A stretch of 64,000 nt of DNA from Vermamoeba vermiformis. Taxonomy: Eukaryota. A model generated the notes under the pieces. It worked only from the letters and a program-made list of their open reading frames with translations. It ran no database searches and was not told the DNA's origin. Shown here one piece after another: positions 1 through 12,853 of the stretch (its first letter is position 1; every line of letters begins with the position of its first letter). The translations under genes were made by a program, and so were the position numbers. The stretch covers positions 248,001-312,000 of the forward strand of contig JBEWZL010000306.1 in assembly GCA_045837725.1 (NCBI GenBank), in the 5' to 3' direction.

Positions 1-2794
1 CGCCAAGTAAGTTCCTGACTGCTTTACAAATGCTTCCAATCTGGTCTAATCATCCCATCCATTAGGTCGGGGATGTGATCGTATTCGATGACCTGCACAT
101 TCTCGGTGTTGGCAATGCTGAGGGCGAGTCGGTGCAACTTGACTTCTTCTTATATAACATTGTTGGAACTACCCCTACTTTGCTTGCTACACGCAGATCC
201 CCTCCAATCACGGTGTACAATCACTCGCAGTATTTACCTGGTATGTTCTTCCTACACTATACAAACATTAGCTAATAGTAGCTGTACAGCACCTAACATC
301 AGCAAGTTGTTACCTAACTGGGCTATTGCTGGTACTCGCCCCAAAGTGGATGCCTTCGGTCCTTTGTTCCTTCGTAAAAATAATATCTTGGAGTGCCAAG
401 TCGTCGACGAACAAAACAAGGAGATCGCCTTGCTGAAAGGCACTTCTATTGTGCGCAAGAGAAACTGCTTCCACTCATTCTCGTTCGTGGCACCAGAACA
501 TCCAGCTGGCCGCGTATGGATCCGTGCACGTTACAAGGATCGTGACTTTGGCGAAGCTAAACCTTTTGAATACTGGCGTAAGTACCACTTTTTACTTTTG
601 AACGCCGTTGTGCTTCTGCAGTCTCAAATCCGTACGAAAACGAAATTTGATCTAAATTGTCATCTCGCGCGAAAAACCCCCAATCAAGACGTCGCTTCTT
701 CGCAGATTAGCACGAACAGCGAGAAGCTTCAAAAAATTTAGAGACATTTCAAGCAATTTCATCACGTGCCATTCTGATTTTTTCGGTCCCGAACGTGTAT
801 TTTTACGAAGAGTTCAAAAACGTGTTACCGTCAATTGTCTTGGGGTACTGCTGATGTGCACTAGCTAACCGATATTTATTTATCGAATTTTTTCTGTACG
901 CGAAGTGCAGATTAGATTCGGTAGTTTGTTTCCTGTGTGCATCTTGACATTAACGATAATCAATTAACGAAATTCGGAAATTCGCTAATTTTTATCGCAA
1001 AAATATAGTGCCGCCGACTCAAGGACAAAATTTAAACCAGCAAACCATTCAAACGAATTCTCAAAGACCGAACTCATCTAACATAATGGATCCGTCAAAC
1101 TTAGCTCAGCAATCGACAAATACGATGGGATTCCCTAGTAACTTTTATTCGAATGTCGGTCAATTCAGCTATCAAGGCAACATTCACTCTTTGAAGGTAA
1201 TTTTGATTTTAGCGGCCCTTCGCAAATTTTCGCGAGGAGAGCGGACAGAAGATTTTTCCTTCTATTCATAATTGAAATATAATTTAATTATCGTCGAATA
1301 ACAATAAGCTAAAAAATCGAATTAGTATTGACTTTTGGGTTTTAGGCTGCTTTGGATCAATTTTCAGATCAAGCAAAAGATGCGATCAACCAACGTGACA
1401 ATAATGGATGTACCTCCTTGTTTTGGGCATGCCAAGCTGGTCACTCGCCCGTCGTACAGCTTTTGCTCGAACGCGGCGCTGATCCAAACGTTAGCAACAG
1501 AAGAGGAGAAACTCCGTTACACGCAGCTTGTGCCAATGGCTCAACGGCTTCAATCAAGGCTCTGCTAGACAAGGGTGCCCGCTCACTAACTACTGATAAC
1601 CGCGGCATGACAGTATTGCACCACGCTGCTCTCAATGTAAGTTTGATCTCGCATCAGGGATTGGTCCCGCGACTCACACAATTGTCGTTTAACCTGATGG
1701 ATCAATTTCTTAACTTTTTGATAAAGGGCCACTTGGATGCTGTCAAGTGCTTGTTTGACAACGTCGAGGCTGAAGATCTTTTGTGCGTCAAAGATCGTGA
1801 AGGTATGCTGCCTCTTCACGCTGCCATTGTCTCAACAAACTTGCCCGTCACTCGCTTCATCCTCGAGCGTATGGTCGAGCTCGATGAGCCTTTGGACCGA
1901 AAGGACAAATCCGGCATGACTCCTCTGCATCTTGCCGTCAGCATGAACGACGAGAACATCACTCCCTTGTTGGTCTTCTACTTGAACCAAACTCAGAACA
2001 TCAATGCATTCAATGCTCGCGACGACAGCAAAGAGACTCCCTTGTTCTACGCTGTGCGCAACGGCAACACCAACTTGGCACGCTTTTTGTTGCAGAACAG
2101 AGCTGACGCCAATCTGCTCAACTCTGAGAAAGAAAGCACGTTGTTCGTCGCAGTGCGCGAGAAGAACGAAGATATGGTGCAGTTGCTGCTCGAGATGGGT
2201 GCGGACACCAGCATCCGAAACATGCGCGGTGAAACTCCCTTCGAGGCTGAAGAGATACCTGAGCCCGTTACCAAGCCGCGCACGTGGCCATTGACCCAGT
2301 TGACCCCTGCCAAGCCCGCTGCTGTCCCTACTTCTGGCTCACCAACCTCAACCAACACGACCACTCCTGTCATCAAGGTGCCGTCTCCTCAGGCCACACC
2401 CAAGGTCCAGCCCACTACTTTCACGCCAACACCGACTCCTTCATCGACCAACTTGGCACCTTTAGTCACTGGTCCTACTACCAAGCAGTCACCCGTCTTG
2501 TCGCCTGTTAGCCCGACCAGGCTGGGCATCACCGACAGCACAATCGAGTACATCACACGCGAGTTGGGAGGTCCTAAGACGAGCATCACGACACACAACA
2601 AAGAAGAGACCGCGCTCATCATGCAGCTCGATCGACTTCAACAGGAGATGCGCGAGCGCGACAAGCGAGAAGAACAGTACAAGTCGAAGATTATTAGCTC
2701 AGAACAAGAGATGTTAAATATGAAGGGTCAGATCGAAATGTTGATGAAGCAGGTGCAGAACCTCACTGCTGTCATGGCTGGAGATCGAGTGTAA
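1..2794 (+). CDS. 5'-truncated protein: end of a putative Ig-fold DNA-binding domain, IPT/TIG domain, about 7 ankyrin repeats, P/T/S-rich linker and C-terminal coiled coil
   Basis: Exons about <1-6, 66-240, 290-577, 1008-1196, 1346-1636, 1727-2794 with GT-AG introns. Spliced protein reads ...SPPITVYNHSQYLPAPNISKLLPNWAIAGTRPKVDAFGPLF...EAKPFEYW (IPT-like), then GETPLHAAC, GMTVLHHAA, GMTPLHLAV, ETPLFYAV ankyrin motifs. Confidence 0.8.
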
Positions 2795-3016
2795 TATAGT
2801 TGTGCAATGCGAAATTATTTATAAAATAGAAGTTTTTGTAATGTAATATAGATGCTTTACCGCGCCTTTTACTAAGCTTCATTGTCGTAAAAGAGCATCC
2901 AACGGAAAGTTGGTCAGTTTTCCAGCCGGAACAAAATTTCATCAGGTCGACAGCTTGTGTTTTTGGCGAGCAGCGGATTATCATATTTATTAATTTGAAT
3001 AACACACAGCGATACA

Positions 3017-4700
3017 ATGTCGTTAAACTATCAAGATCACCAGCGCACTAGATACTGGCGCACGCACGGTGAGATCTATGATTTTAGAAAAGAAAGAGTC
3101 GTTAACAGAGTCACTATCGAGGAAAATAGAGAAAAGGTATTATAACTCATTGATAAGCAGCTGTTTGACGTTAAAATTAAAAACGCATTCGACCTCGAAA
3201 TAAAAATCTTTGATAAATCTCCGTATTTCACCTAGTTAACGAAAGATAATAATAATATATATTCTTTAAATGATATTACAAGCATAATTTCCTTTTGTAA
3301 TCTTATTTTGAGCACACCAAGATATTTTATACAAATTTGAATTTTATTAACCACCTGCTTGATCTAACTATTTACTCGTCATAGAAACGCGAAGAATTAA
3401 AAGAAACAGCTCTTGAGCGTAGATTAAGACACGAACAATTATTGCGTGAACGAGATGCTGAGTTGGAAAAGATCAGACGAAGAAAGGAAGAGGAACGCAG
3501 AGACAGAGAAGAAGAGCGTAGAAAAAAGCAAGAAAGAGACGAGTAAGCATCAATATACAATTATAATACGATATTTAGCAGATCTACGTTTATAAGTTGA
3601 CCATATTTTTAATATCGGTTACGAAAATATTGTTGACGATCTTTTTTGCATTATTATCCAAATAGCGATAGTATACAAATTGGAAATTATATGTTAGACC
3701 CAAATTAATACCACATTCAGTTGCAAGGCATTTTCTTTGCCGTTGAACTTTTTTGCTCTGTGTTTATTCGCTTGACGTGTAATTACCGAATTATCGATAC
3801 TAATGATATTACCTGCAGGCGATTGCACGCTAAGGCTGAGGATAAAAAGAAATGGTACGAACAAATTGAAGACAGAAGGAAGGTCCGTGAGGAGCAAGAG
3901 GCCAAGAGCCGTGCTCGTTCAAAGGAGTTGACTTTGACCTTGATAAACAGGTACGTTAATATGCAATGCCTAGTCTTATTCCGACGAATGCGGTAAATGT
4001 GTATTCAAACTATGAAAGTTGCGAATCCACAACTTGTCAAAGAATTGCACTTCTTACTTTACTCAGAATACTATATATTTTGCCACCACTATAATACTAT
4101 CGAGGCCAGCTATAATGTTGGCATGTTATTGATTATGTTGGCTTTTTAGAGACGCTGAGAGAGCTGCTCGAACTAAGACTCGCCCCGAGACCAAGAGCTA
4201 CAGCAGCACTACGAGCACTTCAAGCTACACTCGCAGCACTCCTTCGACCAGTGCTACTTCTAGCCGATCATCTGCTTCGAGCTCTGTTGTGCCTCGTAGC
4301 TCTTCTCGCGTTGGATCTGACACCAAGACTACTTCGTCCTCTTCCTTGCCCAGATCTTCCAGCCGAGTTTCCTCTTACGTGTAAGTACATTATATACTGG
4401 CAAAACATAATATATCTGTTATAATTAATGCCATATGAGTGCTTTAAAGCTCGTGTAATGGCTGATCTGATCTCGTACAATCAAACATTATTTACATGAT
4501 AGCTAATGCGAGAATTATATAGGCCTCGTGCTACTAGCTCAGTCTCGCGTGGTTCATCGTCAGTTAAGTCCTCTGCTGACTTTGATTCTACTCCAGTGGT
4601 CGTCGACTCTACTTCTGCTGTTGAAGAGAGCGCTGTTGTTACTGCCCCTGAGCCCGTTGTCGAGTCTCCTGTTGAGAACGGCGCTGAAGCTGTCGCTTAA
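3017..4700 (+). CDS. Hypothetical protein with charged (E/R/K) coiled coil and Ser/Thr-rich tail, 5 exons
   Basis: ATG 3017 (MSLNYQDHQRTRYW). Exons about 3017-3137, 3384-3542, 3819-3950, 4150-4379, 4523-4700 with GT-AG ends. Contains KREELKETALERRLRHEQLL...; TAA at 4698-4700. Confidence 0.65.
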
Positions 4701-5048
4701 ACAATAGTGGCGCATGAGCTCGACCTACTGTAATGCTAGCAACTTTGTTAATTACATTTTTATTATCAATCGTAATTTATTAGCGGATCTCTGATGAGAA
4801 GTCATTGATGTCGCAAAAAATGAATAAACTAACTCTATAATTAAATAAGCACGACCTCAGCTGAATCACCGTGTGTTCGTTCTCAGGGCCGATAAATGCA
4901 AAATTTCGTGATTGTTAATCTTTTATTCAAGCTCCTTGTAATACCAGCAAAGGGTAACGAGGTTCATATATAGTTGGTTTGTGGTTGCTGGGTGGTTGTT
5001 TGGGTAGTATTAGTGGTTTGATCAGATCTTCATTGTTCCTCAACACAA

Positions 5049-7992
5049 ATGGACACTTTAAGAGGTATAATTATTTTAACGATATAATCAAATATAATAT
5101 AATCATAATACATCCTTCTAGACCGAATTACGCCCATTCAACTCAATTAATTTTTCAAAAATTCAGATCTTGATAGTTTAATTTATAATTTGCTTTTAAA
5201 GGTATCGATACGATGCAAAAATATTTATGATAATTTATAGCTTTATTCGAAAACCTGATTGTAGTGGCATTCGATTCCACCCCGTGCGATGAAACCTCTT
5301 CGCCACTGGGCACTGAAATCACTGAAATGGCGTGGCTGACCTACGATATGGCTCTACATCAAGCAATTAATACGAAGCAGTTCTTCATTAAGCCAGATTA
5401 CGCACCGAAAGTGCTGGGCGAGAGACCGATCCTCAGATCCGCTTCTCCTTTGAAAGACGTCATTCAACAGGTATGTGTGGCCACTAATAGCTCTCATTCA
5501 AATATAACTATAACCAATCCGGTGCTATAAACTAATTTTTAAATGATTTTCATTACAAAATTACTAATGCTGGATCTACCCAGTTCGACAATTACATTAC
5601 CAGCTTAACGAAGGTTGGCAAGTCATATTGCATCATAACGGACGGCTTCTGGGAGCTAAAGCAAGGATTACGCGAAGAGAGCAGATCTAAAGGGATCAAG
5701 CTTGGCACTCATTTCAATAAGTTCTTCGACATCAAAATTGAATTTCTGAGAACTTATCCACGCGTACAAGGCATTGATATGTCATTGAACTCGATGATCA
5801 CAGGTACGATCTTAATACAATGTTTTCTGAAGTACTTTTATTGATTGACTCGATCAGCTCTCGGAATGCATCCGCTCGAAAGAAATTCAGCACTTGATGA
5901 TTGCAAGTCAATGGTCATATTAATTGAAAGGATGAATAAGGATGGTAAGCATCAAATTAACAAAAAATGTCGTTTTTTTGACACGTGTCCAGGTCACTCT
6001 TTCAATTCACCGGAGGTCCTGCCTGAGAGCTTTAATACGACCGTGCCACCAGCGCAATCTTTGCAAAGGCACCTATATTATATATTCCATATTGGGTCTC
6101 GGACTAAATGCTTTCTATTATAGTTCTACTGTTGTCAAGTTACGAGGTTTACCCTGGGAAGCTGACGAGACTGCATTCGAAGATTTTTTCAAAGTAATTA
6201 TATCGCGTCTATTGGTGTTAATATGACTAAAACTTGCTCTTTTCAGCAAGCGGAGCTAATGCCAGTTGACGCGCTCGTTGTGCTCAATCACCAAAATCGT
6301 CCATCAGGCCTCGGATTCGCTCGCTTTGCTACTGCCGATGAAGCACAACGCGCACTCGTGTGTCACAAACGATACATGGGCCACAGATTCATTGAAGTGT
6401 TCAGGTGTCTCGACGCTGATTACGATCGAATGGTGGCAAAAGGACACGGCTACAAACGCGTCGTTCACAAGCAAGCTGGCACGGGTGTTGCCGCTTCAGC
6501 AGGCACTATCATTGACACTAACCAGTTGATTGTCAATGCACCACAACAACAGCAACAAGAGTTTGTGGTCAAGTTACGTGGCTTGCCCTGGTCGAGTAGT
6601 GTGGCTGACATCCAAAGGTACGACATTAAACACAGCTCATACCATCAATATGCCTTTTATAATACCGAGTGAGTATTAATCTAACTGAATTTAGGTTTTT
6701 GGAGCCTCTGTTAATTCCAGCACAAGCTATTCACATTCAATTCACGGCCGATAACCGGCCTTCTGGCGAAGCATTTGTTGATCTGACGAGTGAAGAGCAA
6801 GTGCAATTGGCGCTCAAAAAGCATCGTGAGATGATGGGTCCAAGATATGTCGAAGTGTTTCGTAGCTCTCGTCGCGACACTGGCGCTGTACAACCGGCAG
6901 CTGTGCCTGTCACAACTCTTCCTGGCATTAGTACTGTGCAGCCACGCGCCATGCCGGCCACCGGCTTGATGACACCTGGCCCGGTCGGCGGATTGGTCGT
7001 TGCGAACACGAACCTTCCAGGCATCGCATTGACACCTGTCACAATGGTGCCTCCGCAGATGCACATTGGTGGTGTGCCAATGACAGCTCAACAAGGCCTC
7101 GTCATGGCATCGCACAACCCTTTTGCTGCAGGACCTGTAAAGGCTGAGACGGGCCAGCCAATGATGAACATAGCACCTTCTGTCGGCACTCGGTACGTTA
7201 AGTCAATAATGCTCCAGAAATGCTGTCGTGCTAATGTGCCACGTGACAGAAATTTTGTGATCAAAATGCGAGGTATGCCGTGGACAGCAACAGAACAAGA
7301 CATTGCTGCCTTCTTTGATCCGTACCGAGTCATTAGTGCCACGACACTCAGAGACAAGTTTGACCGTGCTACTGGTACGATTGAAACCACTTACCGGTGT
7401 ATCTTGTTCGCTAATTCGTGATTTGTACCACTCTTAGGTGAGGCTCTAGTCGAGTTTGAGAACGACGATGTGACAAACAAGGCCATGTCTAAGCACAAGG
7501 GCATGATGGGCACGCGTTACATCGAGTTGTTCCGCGTGTCACGTGCTGATTTGGCTAGTGCGAGCGGTCCTGTTGCACCGACTGGCGGTCCTGTTCCTAA
7601 GCGAGAGCGACCTGTTCAAGGCCCTAACATGAACAAAGGCTCTGGTGTAAGTGCATTATTGCCATATATAATCATATCAGTATAGTGACAATCACTGCAG
7701 GTCACGTTGAAGATGCGTGGGTTGCCGTATCATGCTACGGTTGATGATGTGGCGGAATTTTTCAAGGGTTACAAGTACGATCTATATTACTATACTATTT
7801 TAGTTGCTGGTGTATTAATTGCGATTTTAATTCAGTTTTGTTCGGGAGTCAATTCGGTTTGGCACGTGGAATGACAAACCGTCGGGCGAGGCGTGGGTGA
7901 CATTTACGACGAATGACGAGGCCAATAGTGCATTGGCTGCGAAACAACACGATTACATAGGCAATCGATACATCGACTTGTTTTTGGTTTAA
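5049..7992 (+). CDS. ESRP/Fusilli-like RNA-binding protein: DnaQ/DEDD exonuclease-like N-terminal domain plus four quasi-RRMs
   Basis: N-terminal LIVVAFD...EITEMAW...[25 protein letters not shown]...FFDIKIEF...GHSFNSPEV parallels the ESRP1 N-domain. Four [20 protein letters not shown]...G.A.V.F...RY(I/V)E(V/L)F qRRM motifs. About 11 exons. Confidence 0.85.
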
Positions 7993-8126
7993 ATCTCCGG
8001 ATGTAGTAAGTGAATTTCAGGATTAAAGCTCAAAATATTCGATTGATCACATTTGTTTTACACGCCGTTGTGCATTCATCAAATCATCTCGTTTAGTGCG
8101 GATCTGTTATTGCCGAGATTTATTAT

Positions 8127-10068
8127 TTACATTATTCGCCTCGACTTAGCGATCATCTGCATCCTCTTCTGGCTTTCTTTTCTGTCAGTTTGCGCAGTTG
8201 GCATAGTTTCCTTTGAAGGCGGTGGTACGTAGAAATCAGGAGCACGAAAAATCATGTCAGGATTAGCGTCCCAATCGTTCGTTTTGAAACAAGTGTTGTC
8301 GAGTTCTTGGTTGCATGCAGTTTGATTGAACACAGGGTGCAGACATTCAAGCAGCTTCTCGCCTTTTTCTTCATCGGTAAGTGTTTTGTTCAAATTGAAG
8401 CTACTGCGACACACGAACACACGCTTTTGATCGCTGAACTGGTTGAGTACTTGGCACACACCAGCATGTGTTTCACGTGCGTGAATGATGTGCACTGGGC
8501 CGTGCAAGATCATCGTTTGTTGGTGCGAGCGTTGCGAACCCCACTCTATGGTATCAGGTAGATCAATAATTGCCCAGGTTTATGTGTTATCTTGCTGTGC
8601 TTACCTTCTCCATCTCCCGGTGCGAATCTCAATGCATGAGTGCTGCGGGTACGACCAATTGTGACTTCTTCTTTGAGTTTTTGCATCGCTCCGTACAATC
8701 TGCCTTGATCGTCACCTGTCATGTCAGCGTCGAATTCATCGAACCACTGTGCCATCAGCTTTCTCGTTCTTTCGTTCCATTTCCATGCGTACACTCCACA
8801 ATCAGGAATGATCATGTCATGTGGCCAGTGTCCTGTAATCGTGAAATCGAACTCGTGTGAGTCCATGAACTCGAAGAACGACTCCATTGAGAGACAGCTC
8901 CACGAGTCTGCATCGACAAATAAGGAAATTCTTGCAGGTGCGAATGATGAGAAGATGACTCGTGTCGTCCATTGACGTTCGTTATTGAACATGAACTCTT
9001 TTCTGATACCAATTATACGATCAAATAATTCATCTTTGTCAACGAAGCTTCGATCAGAAGTGAAGAGTATCAATTTGACTTTCCCGCCTTTTGGATGATT
9101 TTTTCGGTAAGTTTTTGCTGAGGCAATCGCTTCTTTAAGCGCATTTTTCAGCCCCGATGGCTTTGGATTGTACGCGAAGAAGTTGATGCTGTATCCGTTC
9201 TTTGGAATATGCTTCGCGTACTGGATCTGAAGTGCCACATCGTCTCGATTGCCATAGTTGATCTGAGGAATGAAGCCACTGCAGAACTGTTCTGAACAAT
9301 TGGTGTTCAAGAAAGCGTTCGTTCTATTATACACATAGTGTTCGCTCCAAAGAGCCTTGGTCGAAGTCTTTGTGAACATTCTGCTGGCCAACCAGGCTGC
9401 TTCCCAGATGTCTTCCGAGTCCAATTCTCCAAAATGGACAAAATCGCACTGATTTAGCCTTTGATCGAATGCAAACTGTGCCAATGCTTCTTTGAGGTAA
9501 CCATTCGTATTCGGTTGGTTCGTACCATGCACCTACAAAAAAAAAGAACTCAATTTCGAAGCTTTAAAATTCGTAATTATTACGCTAAGTTGCGTCATAC
9601 ATCGTGGTTAAATGGAATATTTAAGCTTTGAGGGTTAAATCTTTAAATGAATATTAAAAAAAAAATTGTAGCGGATCAACTCGATAGGAACAACTTGTGA
9701 ACTCCTACCCCTGACCCTACTGCCTCTTCAGAATTGATTATAAATATTTCGTAATGAGATTGATTATGATCCTGGCTGTATTTGATCCATTCGTCAAGTA
9801 CCGCTGCTTGAAGTCCGATTAAACAGATAGTACGGGAGAGATTCGTATTATTATTGCTAACGAAGCCGTCAATAATGTCTTGAAGCAAATATTGTTTGAT
9901 TGGCTCTGGCTCGAACGCTGGTTTAGGAGGTTGCAACTCTTCTTCCGGATTGTCTTCGGTGGATCCTTCTTCAGATCTGAACCATTCTGGATGGCGATAG
10001 CCCAGCATAACCACAATGATGCATATTGAAGATAAGAAAAATATTATTTTTTTCTTCTTTGTGGTCAT
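8127..10068 (-). CDS. Type II membrane GT-A fold glycosyltransferase-like protein, copy A
   Basis: MTTKKKK followed by a single TM anchor; DxD-type motif LFVDADSW, DCGVYAW and GDDQGRL; multi-exon. Confidence 0.7.
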
Positions 10069-10392
10069 GCTAACACAGTACAAAAAAAAATGATCTCGCA
10101 GGTCGAGATACAATCAAGATTCGGAAACTTATAGAGCCTATTAATAAAGGCTCTAACAATTATTTAGTTAAAGTTCATGATATTTCCTTACGGATCATTG
10201 TTTCTTTCGTCCGAAGAACGGATCATGATCTTGAGAGCCATACTTAATATCGAGCTCATAATATCCTATATCAGCTTCTTCTTCGCCGTTCCATCGCCTA
10301 TAATCAAATTATTTATGTACATAAGGCGATTTGGCGATCATGCCGGCATAAGGGCTACGCGGCGGTGTTATTGGGGTACCGCTATTTATTAT

Positions 10393-12571
10393 TTACATTA
10401 TTCGCCTCGACTCTGCAATCATCTGCATCCTCTTCTGGCTTTCTTTTCTAGCAGTTTGTGCTGTTTCCTTCGAAGGCGGTGGTACGTAGAAATCAGGAGC
10501 ACGAAAAATCATGTCAGGATTGGCTTCCCAATCGTTTGTGTCGAAACACGTGTTGTCGAGTTCTTGGTTGCATGCAGTTTGATTGAACACAGGGTGCAGA
10601 CATTCAAGCAGCTTCTGGCCTTTTTCTTCGTTGGTGAGTGTTTTGTTCAAATTGAAGCTGCTGCGACACACGAACACGCGCTTTCGATCGCTCAGTTGGT
10701 TGAGTACTTGACACGCACCAGCGTTCGTTTCACGGGCATGAATGATGTGCACTGGACCGTGCAAGATGTGCGTCTGTTGATGAGGACGTTCTGGACCCCA
10801 ACCTGACAATACATTAGTACTACTCAAACTCTCAGAAGAAAATGTTTGCAGTCTCGATCTGTTCGCGCGACCGGTGAATCTCTCGTCACTCGTAGTAAAG
10901 GTCACCCACGTGCCAAACCGAATTGACTCCCGTGAGGAAGAGAATCAAAATGGAACGCGGTTGTCTTGAGACTGATGAAGTGTAATGGTGCTTACTTTCT
11001 CCGTCTCCAGGTGCGAATCTCAGTGCATGAGTGCTGCGAGTACGACCAATCGTGACTTCTGCTTTGAGCTTTTGCATCGCTCCGTACAACCTGCCTTGAT
11101 CGTCGCCTTTCATATCAGCGCCGAACTCGTCAAACCACTGTGCCATCAGCTTTCTCGTTCTTTCGTTCCATTTCCATGCGTACACTCCACAGTCAGGGAT
11201 GACCATGTCATGGGGCCAATGTCCTGTAATCGTGAAATCAAACTCGTGTGAGTCCATGAACTCGAAGAACGACTCCATTGAGAGACAGCTCCACGAGTCA
11301 GCATCGACAAATAAGGAAATTCTTGCAGGTGCGAATGACGAGAAGATGACTCGTGTCGTCCATTGACGTTCGTTGTTGAACATAAATTCCTCTTTGATTC
11401 CGACAATACGATCAAAAAATCCATCGGTGTCGACGAAGTTTCGATCAGACGTGAAGAGCATCAATTTGACTTTCCCGCCTTTTGGATGATTTTTTCGGTA
11501 AGTTTTTGCCGAGGCGATTGCTTCTTTGAATGCGTTCTTGAGCTTCTCCGGCTTCGGATTATACGCGAAGAAGTTGATGCTGTATCCGTTCTTTGGAATA
11601 TGCTTCGCGTACTGGATCTGAAGTGCCACGTCATCGCGACTCTTAAAGTTGATCTGAGGAATGAAGCCACTGCAGTACTGCTCCAAACAGTGCGCATCTA
11701 CGAAGGCGTTCGTCTTATTATAGCTATATTGTTTGCTCCATAAAGCCTTCGTTGAACTCTTCGTGAACATTCTGCTGGCCAACCAGGCCGCTTCCCAGAT
11801 GTCGTCGGAACTAAGTTCTCCGAAATGCACAAAATCGCATTGATTTAGCTTTTGGTCGAATGCAAACTCTGCCAATGATTCTTTGATGTCACCATTCGTT
11901 ACGTGGACCTAAAAGTCAAAAAAGGATCAGTTTTCATTAGTTTGCGGTTGCAATTTTGCAGAGCGGAAATATTTGAATTATTAGGTATGAAAATTGAGTT
12001 ATAATAATATGATTAAGCGACAAAATAGTTCCGGAAATGGTAAAGGATGATCCGAAATAAAAGAAAACACAGGCAGGTCACACACATCCCCGGATGCCGG
12101 TGACACAAGTTTTACCTGGTATATGTGGGATTTATGTATATATCAAGCATTGATATGTTAATCTATGTGCTAGATGCGAATTGATGTCACAATTTGTGCG
12201 TAAAAAGAGAAATCAAAATTGTGGCATCCATCCGCATTTCCGTATTTTTAGTTATAACTTACCTCTTTTGATTTCATATCTAAGCCATCGACGGAGCCAA
12301 TAGCGAACACGTTAAATAGCGACTTGTTATTGCTGTTGACGTATTTAATCCATTCATCCACAATTGGTGTCTGGAGTCCAACTAAGCAAATATTGCCGTG
12401 ACTGTTATTAACAAATACATTAAATATCTCTTCTCGCACTAATGCTACGTCAAATGGTGCAGCATCCTCTCGTGGTGGGTCAAACCACGCAAGATAGCGG
12501 TAGTTCACCATAATAGCTATAATACATAACAAAGCCACTACGAAGACTAGCTTCTGCTTCTTTGTGGTCAT
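10393..12571 (-). CDS. Type II membrane GT-A fold glycosyltransferase-like protein, copy B (tandem paralog)
   Basis: Same motifs and same last intron position as copy A. Catalytic region nearly identical; N-terminal stem diverged. Confidence 0.7.
10882..10932 (-). repeat. Inverted copy of part of the last ESRP-like exon (7843-7920) inside an intron of glycosyltransferase copy B
   Basis: Reverse complement CGGGAGTCAATTCGGTTTGGCACGTGG GTGACCTTTACTACGAGTGACGAG matches the exon with a 27-nt internal deletion and 3 substitutions. Confidence 0.85.
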
Positions 12572-12853
12572 TATACACCGCGTTCAAAACTGAATCATGT
12601 CCGGTTTTGTTCCCTGTCAAAAGTATTGCACGAGTTTAGCGGTCTCGGTCTACCCGATTTAGGAATTATAATGCAAACTAGTAGTATTCATAGTGTCGAC
12701 CTCTGTATTGCATATCGCATAAGCAAGATTTTGTGATAGATTGTGACAGTGCGGGTGTAACATTGCGAAGGCAGCTACTGCAATTGTTAAAATTGCGGAA
12801 AGTTGTGTTTTTGAGTTTGATCTTTATCTTTATGGTACCAACAACGCTACTTA

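Noticed and set aside
10177-10806. 209-aa plus-strand ORF
   Set aside because: Antisense shadow of the last exon of glycosyltransferase copy B; no recognisable protein features.
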